Shown: positions 48,841 to 64,000 of the stretch, in pieces
How the letters are laid out: every line of letters starts with the position of its first letter
How positions within the stretch are numbered: position 1 is the stretch's first letter
Origin: Paraspadella gotoi
Taxonomy: Eukaryota; Animalia; Chaetognatha
Assembly: GCA_051294375.1 (NCBI GenBank)
Contig: CM119263.1
Location: 20,302,115-20,366,114, forward strand
DNA: 64,000 nt
Direction of reading: 5' to 3'
Notes under the pieces: generated by a model
Databases searched by the model: none
What the model was told of the DNA's origin: nothing
Seen by the model: only the letters and a program-made list of their open reading frames with translations
Translations under genes and position numbers: made by a program

Positions 48841-49132
48841 TAATACTTAAGGTAGTGGTCTTTTCATACAATTGAAACATTCTTTGAAATATTATACCAA
48901 GTTATTGTTAGGGAAGCCAGGTACTCTGGGAGTGTATAAACGAGAGAGTCTTGATTGAAAGCTTGCAGGGACCTGCTATGTCATTATATCTTGTAAGAGT
49001 GATGGAGTCCTTAAACCACCAAAGCCTGTCCAAAGTCAGGGGCAAGATAGATCGATTTCTAAATTGATCAAAAATAATTTAAAATGTGCAAGATATAGCT
49101 TATTCATTAAATGAATGAATAATTTTTATATT
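48841..49132 (+). mobile_element. Dispersed decayed copy of the ~325-bp repeat; twister motif at 48987-49049
   Basis: Matches the unit. The palindrome is altered to AGUCCU. A ~38-bp insertion lies between direct repeats of gcaagata (49042-49049 and 49088-49095). Confidence 0.9.
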
Positions 49133-52100
49133 TTTATATTTTATCACACGCTTGAGATATCCGACTATTCTTCAAAAATGCGCCATTTCAAATGACCATC
49201 GACGCGAAAATCAATTAGTCTCCGTAACTCGAGCCTTTCCTGCCATTAGTAATGGCATTACATCGATAATTATTCTTGATAACGATCATTTTCTTTTCTC
49301 TTTCTAATTTTCTTTTTCCTCTACACTTTTTTTTCCCATTTCCCCCTTTTTTTCTTCGATTATTCTCTATATTTTCCTGACTTTTTTGATATATTAATAA
49401 ATATAAATATAGGTATTAGGTTTATATTGACTATATAAGACATCCGCTCTATCACGATTCTGACGCGAGTGGGCATAATAATCCAAGAGCGAGCGATCTG
49501 TTTCCGCTGTTGACGCCAAATGTCCAGGGATCGAGTCCGTGTCTAGCGATTTATCGGTCACCGGGAGCGAGTGATGCGTCGCGCCAACGTCGACGCTCAT
49601 TTTGTTCCTTCGTCGCCTTGTTTCGTAACCATGGCGACCGAGACGGAAAGAGACGCAGCTGCGACGGCGTTGATGGCGCAGGTCTCGCGGGAAGAGTCAG
49701 ACGATTTTTTTTTAAAAAGAGGAAGAAAGCAATGAGTTTTTTTGAGATGTTTTCCTTGTTATTCGTTTAATCATAATTTTTCTAAAAGTAAAGTTAAAAT
49801 ATCGATGGGGTTTGAGATAAGTTAATCCTGCAAAGACGATTACATCCGGGGATTTTACTTTTCACTGAAATCCGGTTGCGCGTGAAGACGAATTTCTTTT
49901 TCCGACGGGAGAAATGATGCGGAAGTTTCAAAAAGCGATACGTCTGAAATGAATGAGATTATAAACATTTAATATTTGAAAAAAAAATGTTGTGAATCAG
50001 AAATTCATAAAAACCAAATAAAAAAACAAAATTTCATTTCAAAATATTCAATTTATCAGCAGACACCGATGACGTATTTTGCCTCATCATAAGGACTAAT
50101 TTAACGCGTCTGTCTTTTTAGGAACCACATAAATACAAAACTATTAATAAAAAGATCAGCCTGGAATAACATCTTTAATAGTTTTTACCAATTTCAAAAC
50201 TTTTGCCGAAAAAAAATCTAAAAAATCTTCACTTTCACATTTGACGAACAACTTCTAAATAAAGACCAAATATCGTCACACATAAGACCATGAAACGAAA
50301 GGCCTCGAAGGTCGAGGTCAGTCACGAGTTCGACAGGAGTGAAATCCGACGCCGTCCCGAAAATAGCGGGAGTGGCTTGCGTGGCGTGCGTGGCGGAAAC
50401 CAAAGATCGAAGGTTCGAGGTTCAAAGAAAAGTGGGTCGAAAGCGATGGGCGCGCCCTAGCGACCCGAAGTCCAAAGTCCAAACGGATCAATCACGTTTT
50501 CCGGTGGATTCATTTCCGGTTTACTTCCATTTTCCATTTTCGGTGGAAAAAAGACTTGTCTTACTGAAACTTTCTAGACTTTTAGCTCGATTTAGGGAAG
50601 CTGATTCAGAACGTCGGGTTTGAATTCCGAAGGACATATAGGCCTGTAGGCCGGTTGATCGCAGCGAAGCTTTTGAAGGTCGTTATATTCGTTATATTCA
50701 GTGCGCTGCATTACGTTTCAAATCCTCTTATTGTTTTCCGATTTTTACGGAGTAGCAAATCAAGACTAGTGTCGAATTTATCTATTTTATGACATGATGA
50801 ACCTCTCTTCACATTGGCACAATTCCCTTCTACACTGAATATATCATCAACAAGCATATAACTTATAAGTCGCCTTTCGGTGTAATCTGCCATCTGTCGC
50901 TTTCAGCCTTCGGCGTCAAAAAATATTCATCTAATCAGATTCCGTCCGCATCCAAGCCGGTCTCTTTCCTTTCAAGAATTTTCATCGACGCCGAAGTAGC
51001 TTTCATCTCAGCCTTAATAGATTTTGCTTCTGCCGAAACCGCTTCCCGTGTTCTCACCACCGCCATTTGCAATGTTCTCTCATTCCGCGCGTGGCTTTGG
51101 AACCATATTTTTAAAAGTCATTGACCTGCGCCTTCCTCTTGTGGCCTTTTTGCGACACCCGGGCAGCCACGTAGTCGGTCTCAGTGTCCCTCCCTCCACC
51201 GTGGCACCTTTCCCGCTATCCACCAGCCTCGCCCGCTCGTCTCCCCTTCCTTCTTTAATTTTTTGAGTGGAATTTCATCACGAACCTTTCTTTTATATTC
51301 CTTCAACCATGAGGAATATTTGTTTATCATTTCAGAAAATTTATCAACTGTTTACAGAGCGTCGTTCAAGAGAGCTTGAATCAACGACGAAAAACAATGA
51401 CGAAAACGACGACACCGACGAAGGCAAAGACGAAGACAAAAATAAGAATCGCAATCAAATGGGAGTGAAATGAAAGGATCAAATACTGTGGCGAAATTAT
51501 TTGTTATCACAACTTCAGATTTTGCACTCTGGTATAAAAATCGCTGACGGTTTTTATTTTCCAACTCCAAGGAGGCCAGCTTGCTTACTTTCTTAGTTAT
51601 GGGCTCATCAATCGCATAGTCGAATTTCAAAAAAGCATATTTTTTTTTGCATTTGAATAGAACCTTCCTGTTTCTGAAAAAAAATGAAATGTTTGAAAAT
51701 TACGGTTCATCTTACAAATATAGATTTTGGAGTATGTGTCTGAGCAATCACAAATAAAAGCAATTTTCATTCTATAGGTTTTCTAGTTAAAACTTATAGA
51801 AAATAAAATTTTCAGATTTGAAAAATAATTGGAAAAGAAAAATGATCTTGCAAAACCTAGAAATATATTAATAAAAATTTTTTTACATACTCCCAAGACA
51901 TTATACTAAATATCAAAGGTAAAAGAAATTAAAATTTTCGTCTGAATTTTTTTCACAATGAGTTTAAAATTGAATTAACAAATAAGAGAGGAAAAATGTT
52001 GCAAAAGCGCACCAGTTGCAATAATGTGAAGTATTATCAATTTGCTTTATAGGAACATAAACGTTAGGGAATTTTCTAACTTATGAAACAAACAAATATT

Positions 52101-53750
52101 AATCACATTCAAACAGTTAAGAGTTATAACAATTCTTTTCATTTCACTCCTATTTGAAATCCGTGTAAGAAAGTTAACTTAAGAACGTTTAATTATGGTG
52201 AGTCTGTTTAAAGTCTTGCTCGCATAAAATCTAGTCCGATGGCAATGACAGTCTTAAATGTCAATAGATTTTTAATTTCAAACTTAGCACATCGTCGACC
52301 TGTTTGCTACTTTATTAGAAACTCGATTGCGTCGATGTTCATAAACAAATCGACTTTCGTGTTTACACGAGATAGGTTGCAGAGACGACAACGACGAAGA
52401 TGACGACGACGCCAATGACGCCTACGAGGATCAAGGCAAGGCTCATCATAATTCAAACTACTTCCTCAGCTCGTCCCAAAGGCTCTTTATACTGTGGACT
52501 ATTTAGATGATACACTTTAAATGTATTTTGCTTTTTAGCCTAGTATAACGATAAAAAACACTTAATTTTTTTTTCATTTCGATATTTAGCTTTCTTTCTA
52601 TTTTCGTCGGTCGCCAAAACTTTAGTGGAATTCTTTTTTGTATTGTTTAGTTTACAAATGCTAACCAAAGTTTTCTCTCTCTCTCTCGCCGTATAAAAAT
52701 GAACAATTAGTCAATTCAATTCCATTAGCTTTTCTGCTTGCAATAAATCGTTTTTAATCTCGACCAACTCCACTATCTGATCATAATGACAATTATTAAC
52801 TCCGTCGTGTGACTAGTTTTAAATTTTGTTCGTATATATATAGCGATCTTTGTCTTAAAGGGCTTGAGACGATCCACATATTCTGTTGTTAAGAAAAAGA
52901 AATCCTTCGCTTCTTATTTTTCACGCGGATAAAAACTTTTAACGCGGTGACGCCATCTCTCCATCTTTCTTTAGACGCGCCTACTTTTCTGAAGAAATGT
53001 TTAACTTACCCTATACATTCTCGTCCTTTACCCTTCCTTATGTGTTGTGTCACTTTACCGGGACCCCCTCATTCTTTATATCCATCGCACCGACACCCAA
53101 CTTTCTTTCTTTCTTTTTTAAACCTTTTTTTTTTTTCACTTTAGCCAGACCTTATTAATTTTGGGCTCGAATGTCCCTCTCCCCCCCCTTTCCCTTCCCC
53201 AACCTCACGCTCTTGTTTTCAATCTTTTTTTTGGTAATATTCGCGTTTAATTTTCTTTATTTTTTATATTTTATAACGACATTAACAATAAAAATTAACA
53301 TAATAAAATCACAAAAAAGCCTGGGCTTTGGAGTCAATAACTAGATTATGTGATAATGGTATGTAATATTGTATTCGACAAAACTCTTTATGACTATTTA
53401 TTTACTTGACTTGAGCATTGAAACTTTATCAACATTCATATTTTTTTTCCTAAATTCTAACATAAATCTTTAAGGTGTTGACTCAGAAAAGGGTTAAGTC
53501 CCTAATCTCTATCCCCCACTTTCATCAGAAAACCGAAACAAGTTGTCTCCTACCAGGGTTAGGTCGATGCTCTTTTTTTTTCGGGTCCAAATAATCAAAT
53601 AACAGCTTCCGCTTTCATTCATTCCTTTTCCAATACGTGTATCTTTTTTTTTTCTAGTTTTGCCTCGGGCGGTTTTCATCCCCCCATATATGGAACCAAT
53701 GTTTGCACAAGATATTATTTCTACAGCGAAGCCAAATGCGAATTAGAGAG

Positions 53751-53850
<100 letters not shown>

Positions 53851-55206
53851 TGTCACACCGTCGCATTGATTTTGGGGAAAGAAGAAACTTTTTTCTTAGA
53901 TTCTTCTCATGAATAATTTTGAATATTTTTTTTTTTGGAAGAATCAAACGGAGGAATTGAAGGCGTTGATAAATTCAAAGAGGAACGGAAGTTTGTTCGA
54001 TAAAGTCAAGACCTTTTTTCTTTTCTATTTTTCGTCATATTCCTTATACATATAATATATATTCACTGGGAAGTCAGTATCTCAAAAGAAAAAATTGTCA
54101 CCTCAAGAAAAGTATTTCTTTTGTCGCCTCTAAAAATGAGGAGAAAAAAACCGGGGAAAAAGAGATTAAGAAATAAAAGCGGAGAAACTACATAAAACGA
54201 GCTCAACTTCCTACAACCTAATCAATCTGTCACTCGTCGCGCGAAAATTCACCGGGAGAAAAAAAAACCTTTATTTTTCCGGGAAAAAACTCGGTATAGA
54301 ATTGATACTCCATATACGAAATGGGAGTAAAGGAAAAAAAAAAGGAATTTTCAAATAACAAGATGGCGACAAATCTGAAGACTATCTTCTTTTTTTCTTT
54401 CTTTTAATCATCTTATATCGGATTTTAATTCCATTTCCTTTCCTCCGCTTCCCTTCGTCCTCCGATTCACGATTCGTATCTTTTAATCCCTTTTTTTTTA
54501 TCGGTTGAGAGAAATTGTTTCTAGTTGATATAACAAAAAGTGAATTGTTCCTTGATGGTTCACTGTTCGTTGTTAACGTGAATGAAGTGAAAATTTTACG
54601 AAACCTGAATTTAGCGTAGGGAATTTAAAAAACTCAGACGTATCAAAGTTTATTGGAATAATTATATTTTTTATTTTACTTTTTTCTATACTAATTTTTT
54701 TTATGTTATTAGTACTTCTCAAACTCTTTTAATCCTTTTCCCTCAATAAAATTTCTAATTGAAGATAAATTAATTTATCAAAGTTGCCCAGTTAGAGAAA
54801 ATAAAAGTGACATGAAAAAAAGTTGAAAAATTTGGACTATTTTAAAACCTAAAGTAATGTTTAAGTAAAAAATAAATGAAAGAAAAGGAAAGATTAAGAC
54901 AAGCAACGCAAACTAAGAAAAAACCCGGATGTAATAAAGAAAAGTGGGCTTGAATCCGTCGAGAGTCGCTCGATCACCGTTCGTCTTCTTTTGTTGAAAT
55001 TTCCGTTTCAGACGCGACGATTCCATCTCCTTTTTTTTTTTGACGTCGGAGTCGCGATGATAATCATCACAATCAACATCATCTCCAACTCTATCACAAT
55101 CACTATTACCATTATTATGAGTAACCACCTTAGCATCATCGCCTTTGTAACATTGATAGATTGATTTTGATTTACTATGCTCAAAATGTGAAAGCTTAAC
55201 ATGAAA

Positions 55207-55293
<87 letters not shown>

Positions 55294-55659
55294 AGAGAGT
55301 GCGTGTACTATGAAAGTCATGAATATATTTTCCAAGAACAAAGCCGACCGACTTTTCCTACTTTCCTCCCTACTATTCGCCTGTATAACTTATTTGCTAA
55401 CGAAATACGACGGCCTGTTGCCTGCCAACGAGAAGGAATCCGCCTGCCGTGACAAGATTTTCCTGTCCTCTTCTAGCGTCGCTCTTTATATGAAGTATCT
55501 CCCGCGACTTTAAATGATTGATTTCACAAAAGACGAATCTTCTCTCGCTTTTTTCCTTTCTATCTCAACTTAATAATTTGATTTCGAGCCGCTCTCTTCG
55601 TCTTGGCCATATTTTTTTTCTCTTTCAAGCCCACTTTCGCTTGCTTATTTGTCTCGGAA

Positions 55660-55696
<37 letters not shown>

Positions 55697-55697
55697 A

Positions 55698-55748
<51 letters not shown>

Positions 55749-58700
55749 ATAGCTCCCCTTCAAGATAAGTGCTGTTAACTACCATAAGATCGACATTTCA
55801 ATTTTTCTAATTCTATGTTTTTCCAGCTAAAAAGTTCTAAAATAGCTGTGTAACATATGTATTCCCCTAATAAATTCATTATTAGTTATTAGTTATTAAG
55901 TTTTTCGTAGGCTCCTTGCGACAGGTCAAAAAAGCCACAAACTTTATTGACTTGGTAAGGTTCTTTTGTTTTTGAGAAATAATAAATGTTTAAATGTTTT
56001 AAATGTTTTCTCTCCTTCAGCCTTCTTTCGATTTAGCCTTCTAAAATCTTCATAGTAAACGTCGACTTGTCAGAATTTCCGATTGATTGTAAAAGCTTCT
56101 GTCACAAGCGGAGAAATTTGCATATGACAACCTCTTCGCGAGAACGAGACACTTTCAAAAAAAATCAAAACTACAATCGACTACGGAAAAAAAGGGGCAA
56201 TTTAATATTTCTAACCCTCGCCGATGTAAATATTATTATTAAAACAAATGAAACGAACTCAATTAATTCTCACGTTCGACTTGACGATATTTTTTTCTCA
56301 CTTCCGCCGAACGTGCGAAGTAAGAAAACGAGAAATGAACTCGTAAACGGTTTTCCCTCTTTTTCAATCTTAGCCCTTCGATATCGCGGATATTTTATCC
56401 AGAAATGAATCGAGCGATCCGTGGCGAACAAGGACGGAAACCCGATAGAAATCCAAAACAGTTTTGCCCGCACTGCTAATCTGCCGTGAGAGGCAACCGT
56501 ACTCAAAATAGTCTCATAACCTGAGCTGACACTCAACTTTCTATATGGAAAGAAATGTGAACACTTAACAGCCACCATTCTCACCATTACTCATATGGCA
56601 TCTTTGATACGAGGAAATATTCTGCAATTAAAACAAAAACTTAAAATGGAAAAATGCAGGGACTAAAAACAAACTGAATGAATATTTTTTACAAATTTAA
56701 ATACTTTTTTAAAATCTTATCCAACCAACACACCCATTATACGACGTTTAAGCTCCATTTTTTTATTGGTTCCTTTTGGCGTTGCCCGAAGTCCTTGGGT
56801 TCGAGGTTTTGCTTACAATATCTTGGAAGACTTTTCTCATTTCAATGCAACAGGAAACAATAATAGGAGTTCAACTTTTTAATATGACCGTGACTCAAAA
56901 GACCGCAACTCTTATATCTTTAATAACGATTTTTTAAAAAATGTTTATATTTCTGTTTTTTTTCATTTTTGTTTCCATGCGCTCATTGCGCTCTCTATTT
57001 ACAGTAACAGCAACAAAAAAAATACAATGTTATTTCGTTCACGACGCGCGCACCTCTTAATACGATTTCTGTCACGGACTTTATTGGTTTTGACTGGTGA
57101 TAAGCAGTAATTGACGTCCAATTCGATTGCAGCGGACAGCGCGCAACCATTGCAACATCTCAACAGTCTCCGAGACATTCCGTTTCGAGCACGGCCTTCG
57201 ATTTATTCCGTTTTTACCGTAGTTAGTTTCTGATCCATGGACGGTAATACTTTTCACGCCGGGGTGTTTTTAAACCGAGACGAAAGCCCCCGTGAAAAAT
57301 CGAACGTAATTAAGCTGCAGCTTGATAAATGAATCGTGAAAAATCAGCGAATCGTTCTCGCTGTGGAACGTGATTTCATAGCTCAGAAAAACACTTTATG
57401 AATTTTAAGTGGAAAATGATTGAGTTAATTTAAGCACAGGACTTAAATTGCATTTATTTTTCCATTATTCGTACGACGCGAAAGTGTCAGAATCATGCAA
57501 TACGAACCATTAAAAAGTTGGCCACGCCTGAGCCTCTGGCCCCAAGGGATTGGGCTAGGGTCGACCCACGCATAAATTACCATCGCTTCGTCGACAATCT
57601 TCAGTCTTGTCGAAACTCAATTCGACCATACTTAACATGGGAAAAACCTTTTCGCACGGTTTTTGGTTTTATAGTAAATTGTGTAACTAAGTCCGACACC
57701 TAATGAAACTTAATACCGATAAGGAATCCTAAAGGCAAATGTTTTTCCTTCATTGGATTTTCGTTATCAAAATATATACGTATAAAATACTTATTTTATC
57801 TAAAAAGATTGTGGTGTGGATCCTCTCATGAGTATCAAATCTCACTCCGTTAGTCTCGCGATTTTTTGACCTTTGCTTTCAAAGTGAGGAGAAGCAAAGT
57901 ACAAACTTTTACGATATATTTTACGAGGATCTTAAAATATTCTGGTTTTATGCAGATAAGATTAAGCTGCGCAACTTTTTAAAAGAGCGGGGGAAGATAG
58001 AAAGATATAAAATAATATCGATTTTAATTAGAGCAGACGATTGGTTTTCTGTTTTAAATAAACATTAGAAGAAGAAGAAAACGTTTTTGTCTTTTATTAA
58101 GATATTATATATACACAACTTTAATGATTTCTCAAAAAATAGTTAAAACGAAACTTACGTAGGTACGAAAGGGTAATCCAGACATTCGATGATCTATTTT
58201 CTTAATCACCGTCACTCCATCAGACTCACCCTCCCCCCCCCCAAAAAAAAAGAATTCGATTTAAAAACGTTTCGAAAACTAATTAAAAGATTTTAGTTTT
58301 TTCCCGAAAAAAAATAGGAAAATCGAAAAGAAAAATATTTTTTCGTGACCGCGTCAAAGACTGTGAATCGGCAGCGGCGGCGGCGCCGGCCTCGACAGGA
58401 TCCTCTGCAGCGCGGCAGGGAGGGCAGAGCAGCGGCGAAGAACCTCATGTCGACGCGCGCGCAAAAACTGGGACGCGTCGCGCGCCGCGCGGAAGACCTT
58501 AAAAAACCGACGTCGTTATACGATTTGGCGCCGCGACGCGTAGTTTTGATTACGATCGAGTACGGTTGACGTCACGCGGCGGACGCCTTTTAGGTTTACG
58601 CTTAGGTTTTAATAGGTTTTATCTATGAAAATTTGCAAAATTACTTGTTACACTATCTTATATTTTTATATTTTATGAACGTTTTACTATTTGATTTCTT

Positions 58701-59749
58701 TTTTTAAAAATTATTTGCTTATTAATATTATATCTAATAACTCATTTTTCCAAAATTTTTGGGAGGGGTAGGTCAGTGTTGTCTTCTGGAAATAGAGGGA
58801 ACATCTATACAACACAAGGTTAGATTACAATCTGTCCTAGTTTACTAATAGATATCACAAATCATTCCTGTTAGAGGCTGAACAGAAAGGGGTGGGAATG
58901 GATAATTTTTTGAGGGGAGATCAAAGTTATATATAATTTTTTTTAACAATAGGGATAAGACTACCAATGAAGAACATACGGTCGGAAAGAGAGCAATTCG
59001 AATAAAAACCATAGATGATAATGTATTTAGATATAGTTAACATTTCTCATAAAAAATTCAGCAACTAAGTCATGACTCGTGTGCATAATTTTTAGAATCA
59101 CTAAATAAGCAATGGTCACATGTGGCACAATCCTCTTAGCAACACAAGTGCCATCTTCACGGCGCTGCGCAAATCTAGGAAAGAAGCCAAGTCTCTTTCC
59201 ATCGTCGCGAGATTCAAGAGACGTCATTCATGAATTATTGATAACTGGGACGCTTTTAGAATCGCCGCCTCAAGGCTCTAATTGTTCCTCTAAGGCATCG
59301 GGTCGTCGTGCTCGTCTTCGCTGTCAACGAATCGGTCGGCGTTTGTTATACGTTCAATTCACGTCGAGAAAAGTGACGGGATTGTGATCCAAAAGTTTGG
59401 AGCCTCCGCTTCAGGGTATGGCATTGTGCATGTGCAATGTGCGTTGTGCAATGTGCATTTCGCTGGGTATATACTATATATACTACTATATTCGGGGAGG
59501 AACTAGTCGGGAATGCAAAAAAAAAGAGATATGAACCTAAAAATCATTTATAGGTTTCGTGATATAAACCTCTTGTGGGCAAGGTACCTAACAACGGGAC
59601 GTAGCCATGCATAGGAGTGGGCGCCTGCCTCAGGACGAAAAATCAGAACCTGAAACGGTCGAAGTTCGGCCGCGCGAAAAACCATAAACCAGACTGAGTC
59701 GAGATTGGAACTCGCGACTCGACCGTTAGGACCAGATTGTCGCTCCCTC

Positions 59750-59880
59750 TTAAAAATGGCGGCCGCCGTCGGGAGAAGACGTTAAGCGACGGAGTCAAGA
59801 GACGGAGAACGAGAGGGGGAAACTTTTTTTTTACGACGCGGCGCGTGATTACGGTCTGTGGGCGTGGCGGGGAAAGACGT
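59750..59880. promoter_or_regulatory. CpG-rich patch with YY1-like and Sp/KLF-like motifs; possible promoter or enhancer
   Basis: aaaatggcggc at 59753 and gggcgtggcgggg near 59860. Motif match only. Confidence 0.25.
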
Positions 59881-60400
59881 AAACGGAAGGGGAAGTCGTG
59901 AAGAGGATGATACGAAGGGAAGGTGCGTCTTAGCAGAGGCGATGGAAGTGAGAGGACGAAAGGGGGAAAGGGAAAGGGAGGCGGTTATTGGACAATGAAT
60001 AAGTACATCACGTAATGATCGTGATCCTTTAATTAAAACATAAGCGTTGTCGTCCTCAATGTCAACATTTTCTTGGTTCCCGAGGACGCTTTTAAAATCT
60101 ATCGGTGAAATCGGAAGCAAAAACAAATGAGCAGTATTTTTAGAGAAACAAGAGGCATAAAAAGTGAGCGTTCACGCCCTAAATTTTTCATTTCGGCACC
60201 TTTTCAACCCTCTGTCAAGCCTCCACCACACACCTCCAACGTAAAAGCTTTTTTCCCAAAGGAGTAAACACTTTTCTTCTCGAGAAAAAGACTCAAAACA
60301 GACACTTAGTGACTCTTATTGCCGGGAGGGAATCCAGCTTGCAGGACCTTTGCATCATGATAAAAAAAGAGCGCGTGGCCTTTTACTCCTTTTCTTTATC

Positions 60401-60508
<108 letters not shown>

Positions 60509-60631
60509 ATTTCTTGCCAAGGCCATTAAGCATTACACAATCATCTCAATCTCACGTTAATCCCGATCATAATCAAGATCAAGATCCAGATCCAAATTTA
60601 CCTCTCGATCAACCTGCATTTCAAGGTGGTG

Positions 60632-61520
60632 CTCTTCGATGTTTTTGAGAGTGCTGCACAATATGCAGACGACTCAAGCTTGTGGGCTTCATCTAAAGAT
60701 CCACATATAGCAGAAAAGGCTCTCCAACGGACACTTCATAAACTTGAAAGATGGTGCGAAATGTGGTTTTTAGATCTTTGTCCAGATAAATTAACTGTAT
60801 AGTTATTACACGAAGTTTTAATCTTTTTAACTTTTGCGTTAATTTAACATTATTTGGTAGAAAAAATTCCAATGTGTGACAACGTAAAGTTTTTAGGGTG
60901 TATAATTGATAAAAAACTTACTTGGACATTTCACGTTAATGATTTATTTAAAAAAGCAAAATGTAAAATTCTTGCAATCAATAGACTTTCGCGTTTTGTA
61001 ACTGGGAATAATTATCGTTTAGTTCATCAACTATTTAAAGTCTTATAGTTTCTCTATTTTTATACTCATCTCCTTGTTTGCTGTCTGCTGGTAATTATCA
61101 CTGGATGAAATTTGATCGCTTACAATTAAGAGCCATTCGTATTTTTCAAAATTTACCTAGTCATACTCCTACTGCTGCCACATTAGTGCCGCAGGCCAAA
61201 TACCATTATCTGACTATGTTAAAAACTTTGCTGTACGGAGATTGAAAGAATATCCGAGGAAATCACCTATTTGACGATGCTATTAATCATATTAATTCTA
61301 ATACTATTCAGACAAACATTTCACCTATCGAAAACGCTGTTGGATGGGATTATTTACAAAGGAAAAATACATGCTTAAATTGTAAATTGGAAAGATTTCA
61401 TGATGAATGCCTAAATCTCTAGACTTAAATGTAATAAAGTAGCTTTTATGGCCTATTGTTTTATTTTTGTGCCTAAAGCCCCATTGAATAAATTCAAATT
61501 CAAATTCAAAATTCAAATTC
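60632..61520 (+). mobile_element. 5'-truncated, degenerate non-LTR retrotransposon (LINE): RT C-terminus plus 3' tail
   Basis: AQYADDSSLW (YADD at 60662) ...LQRTLHKLERWCEMW; VKFLGCIIDKKLTWTFHV. Frameshifts and stops follow. Ends aataaa plus an (AAATTC)n tail. Confidence 0.9.
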
Positions 61521-63017
61521 TCTCTTCTCTCTAGATAGGCAAGTTACCTGGTCGTTTAAATGTTTTTAAATATTTTTACATTTACTGATAGGAAATGATG
61601 TCAATATTGTTGATGTAACATTTTCAAATCAATCGACTCACGCGTTGAAAATAATCTACAAAAAAATGGTCATTTTCCACGCCCAATTTTTAAAACAAAT
61701 CTGCGTTCATTAAATTTCTTTTTGTTCACTTTAAATTTTTAGCTTCGGCCGAGTGACTTAATTGTAATAAAAAATTGATTTTCTTGATATCTTTTGAACC
61801 AAAAAAATGATAGAATGATTGAACTTGGTATTCATATTAAAGCCATTAATTATGGGGCTCTTTCCATATAATTTTTCTCAAATGTTTCAAAGGATTTTTT
61901 AAAATCTGGATCGGAATCTTAGTCAAAGTATGACAACTTTTGAATTAAATTAAATACACTTGGCCATAATTAAAAAATAAATAAATGTTAGATTCTGAAA
62001 AAGAAAAGATTGAATTATGTTTCTGATATTAACAAAAATTTCTATACTTCAAATGTTTATATAATTACTAAGGATAATGAATTATCATTTATGAAAACAA
62101 AAAATTTAAAAAATTCATGTAGGAACCTTAAAACATATTGATTTAAATATTGAAAATTTAGGAGTTCAACTTTGTTCCGGCTGATTTAAAAAACGGACTG
62201 ACATAGGGCTAAAAGACTGTATTATCAAATTTTTAAATTTTTTGTCATCTTCAGGTGCAAAATTAAAACCTTTTCATAATGCCCTTAGCTATATTAATAT
62301 AACATTTTTTTATTAAAAAAAGCACTACAATCTTTAATAACACGCTAATACATGTAGCTGTATGGTAAAATTGTTTGTTTTTATTTTTTTATTATAATAC
62401 AAGGCCTTTATCAATAAGGGTGTAAATTGCAAAGAAAATGAGTTTTTTCAAGGCTCCATATTGATACTATTAAAATCAATGAATTTTCTTGTTCGGCAAC
62501 GAAATGTACCTAAGACATTGTAGTTTCATTAGCTAATCTTTATTTTTATAATTTAAAGGCATGTTTGGCAAAAACAGTAAGAAACAAAAAATGACAACAA
62601 ATTTTGAGAAAAAAAAATGGATTAATTGCTATTATTTCTTACTATGACGTCAATTTATTTTTTCGTTATGTTCTTGAAAGTTAGGCTAAACCCAACAGAA
62701 TCGGAATCAGTGCATGACCGCTGTATATTTATTTGACTTATACAGTAAATACCGCAAAATAAAAAAAAATGTAAAACGAATTCAGACTAAGCGTCTGTGT
62801 TATTTTCAGTTATTTTTTAGTCAAGACCTTTATGGATTTTCTTTGTTCCGGCGGCGTTGGATAGCCCAAAACACTGCAGTTTCAGAAATCATCCATGGTT
62901 TTGTAATATTTTACTGCGCTACTGGTTGCAAAAATTGCTAGGAACCAAAAATTATCAGAAACCGCTTTCGTTCTTTCGGATTTTTTTTTAAGCGCGGAGC
63001 GACATATCTACTCTCTC

Positions 63018-63062
<45 letters not shown>

Positions 63063-64000
63063 TAATATTGCACTTGTTTCCTCGCTAGGTCGGATAATGT
63101 GACGAAGAATCTATAATCGTAAAATTTTGCCATTTTCTATACGTTTTTCTCGACAATTTAGGTTTAAAAAGCCAAAAAAGGGCGGCATTCATTTAACGTC
63201 TTGAAGGTTGTGACACCAACTTTACAACATCAAGACCGACGCGTTCATTCAACCCGGCTCTCATTTCAGGCGCACATCTATCGCCTCCCAGACTGCGGCG
63301 CTCATTTCTTCATAGTTGCAGCATTCATTTCACGCCTTCTGGACAACTAGAAAACAAGGCGCTTTGTCGCATCGAGTCAAGGGAGACAGGAAAGGTTGAA
63401 GACCCGAGCCTAATCGAGGAATAGGTCCCCCTCGCCTGCATCGCCTTATCGTGGAAGCGAAGCGCAAACGACGGAAACAAATCATCGATTCTCTTCCGAC
63501 TCGTAAATTATAAACTTTGGCGTCTGGAAATATTTTAATAACACGGACGGGGTCGTCAAGAGGAGCGGGGGGTAGAGGGATTGGAAGGGAGGTCGGGGGG
63601 GGGGCGTGAAAGGGATGTATTTTTATTTTATTTATTTATTTTTTTTGGGGGGGGCTCGATTGTTTCGCCCAGAAGATGTTTTCGTTACAAGCGTCGACTT
63701 CAATTTTCTTTTTGCTCGTTTAACAAACAGTCCTTGAACCCGAGACATTCCGAGCACAACCCCTAGGTTGTTAAGACCTAGAGATCTCAATGTCGTTGTT
63801 GTTATTGTTGTTATAGCTAGGTCTTTGCCTTCGCCTCTTAGGGGACATGAAATAAACAATAAAAATAGATAAGAAATCGGATATCGGTCAAGAGTTTTTT
63901 TTTCCATAGAAATTGATAACCCAGAGTGGGAAAATATTTTTCTGGACCACCTTTTGAAGACGAGCGGAATCTCCGCTCGAGGCACTTTTATGGAACGTTA

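Overview
AT-rich, microsatellite-rich, intron-dense animal (probably invertebrate) genomic DNA with two small N-gaps. It holds two convergent spliced genes. (1) A + strand gene (at least 15 exons, 6288-15059, start codon not found) encodes a Gly/Pro/Tyr-rich N-terminus, two clear and one probable MATH/TRAF-like domains, and a C-terminal coiled coil. (2) A - strand biogenic-amine class A GPCR (at least 11 exons, 42144 to 19287, start codon not found) resembles alpha-type octopamine/tyramine/adrenergic receptors. It has a ~400-aa third intracellular loop and a possible alternative loop exon. The most striking signal is a ~325-bp hairpin-rich non-coding repeat family: a 3.5-copy tandem array at 32448-33588 plus three dispersed copies. 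Every copy carries a motif that fits a circularly permuted (P5-type) twister self-cleaving ribozyme, with both pseudoknots intact but P1 shrunk to the palindrome AGGCCU. This suggests a retrozyme-like mobile RNA built on twister rather than hammerhead, and the array lies in the sense orientation inside a GPCR intron. The window also contains a 5'-truncated LINE, MITE-like and Helentron-like non-autonomous elements, minisatellites, and a probable assembly duplication at its start. All calls are from manual reading; no searches were run.
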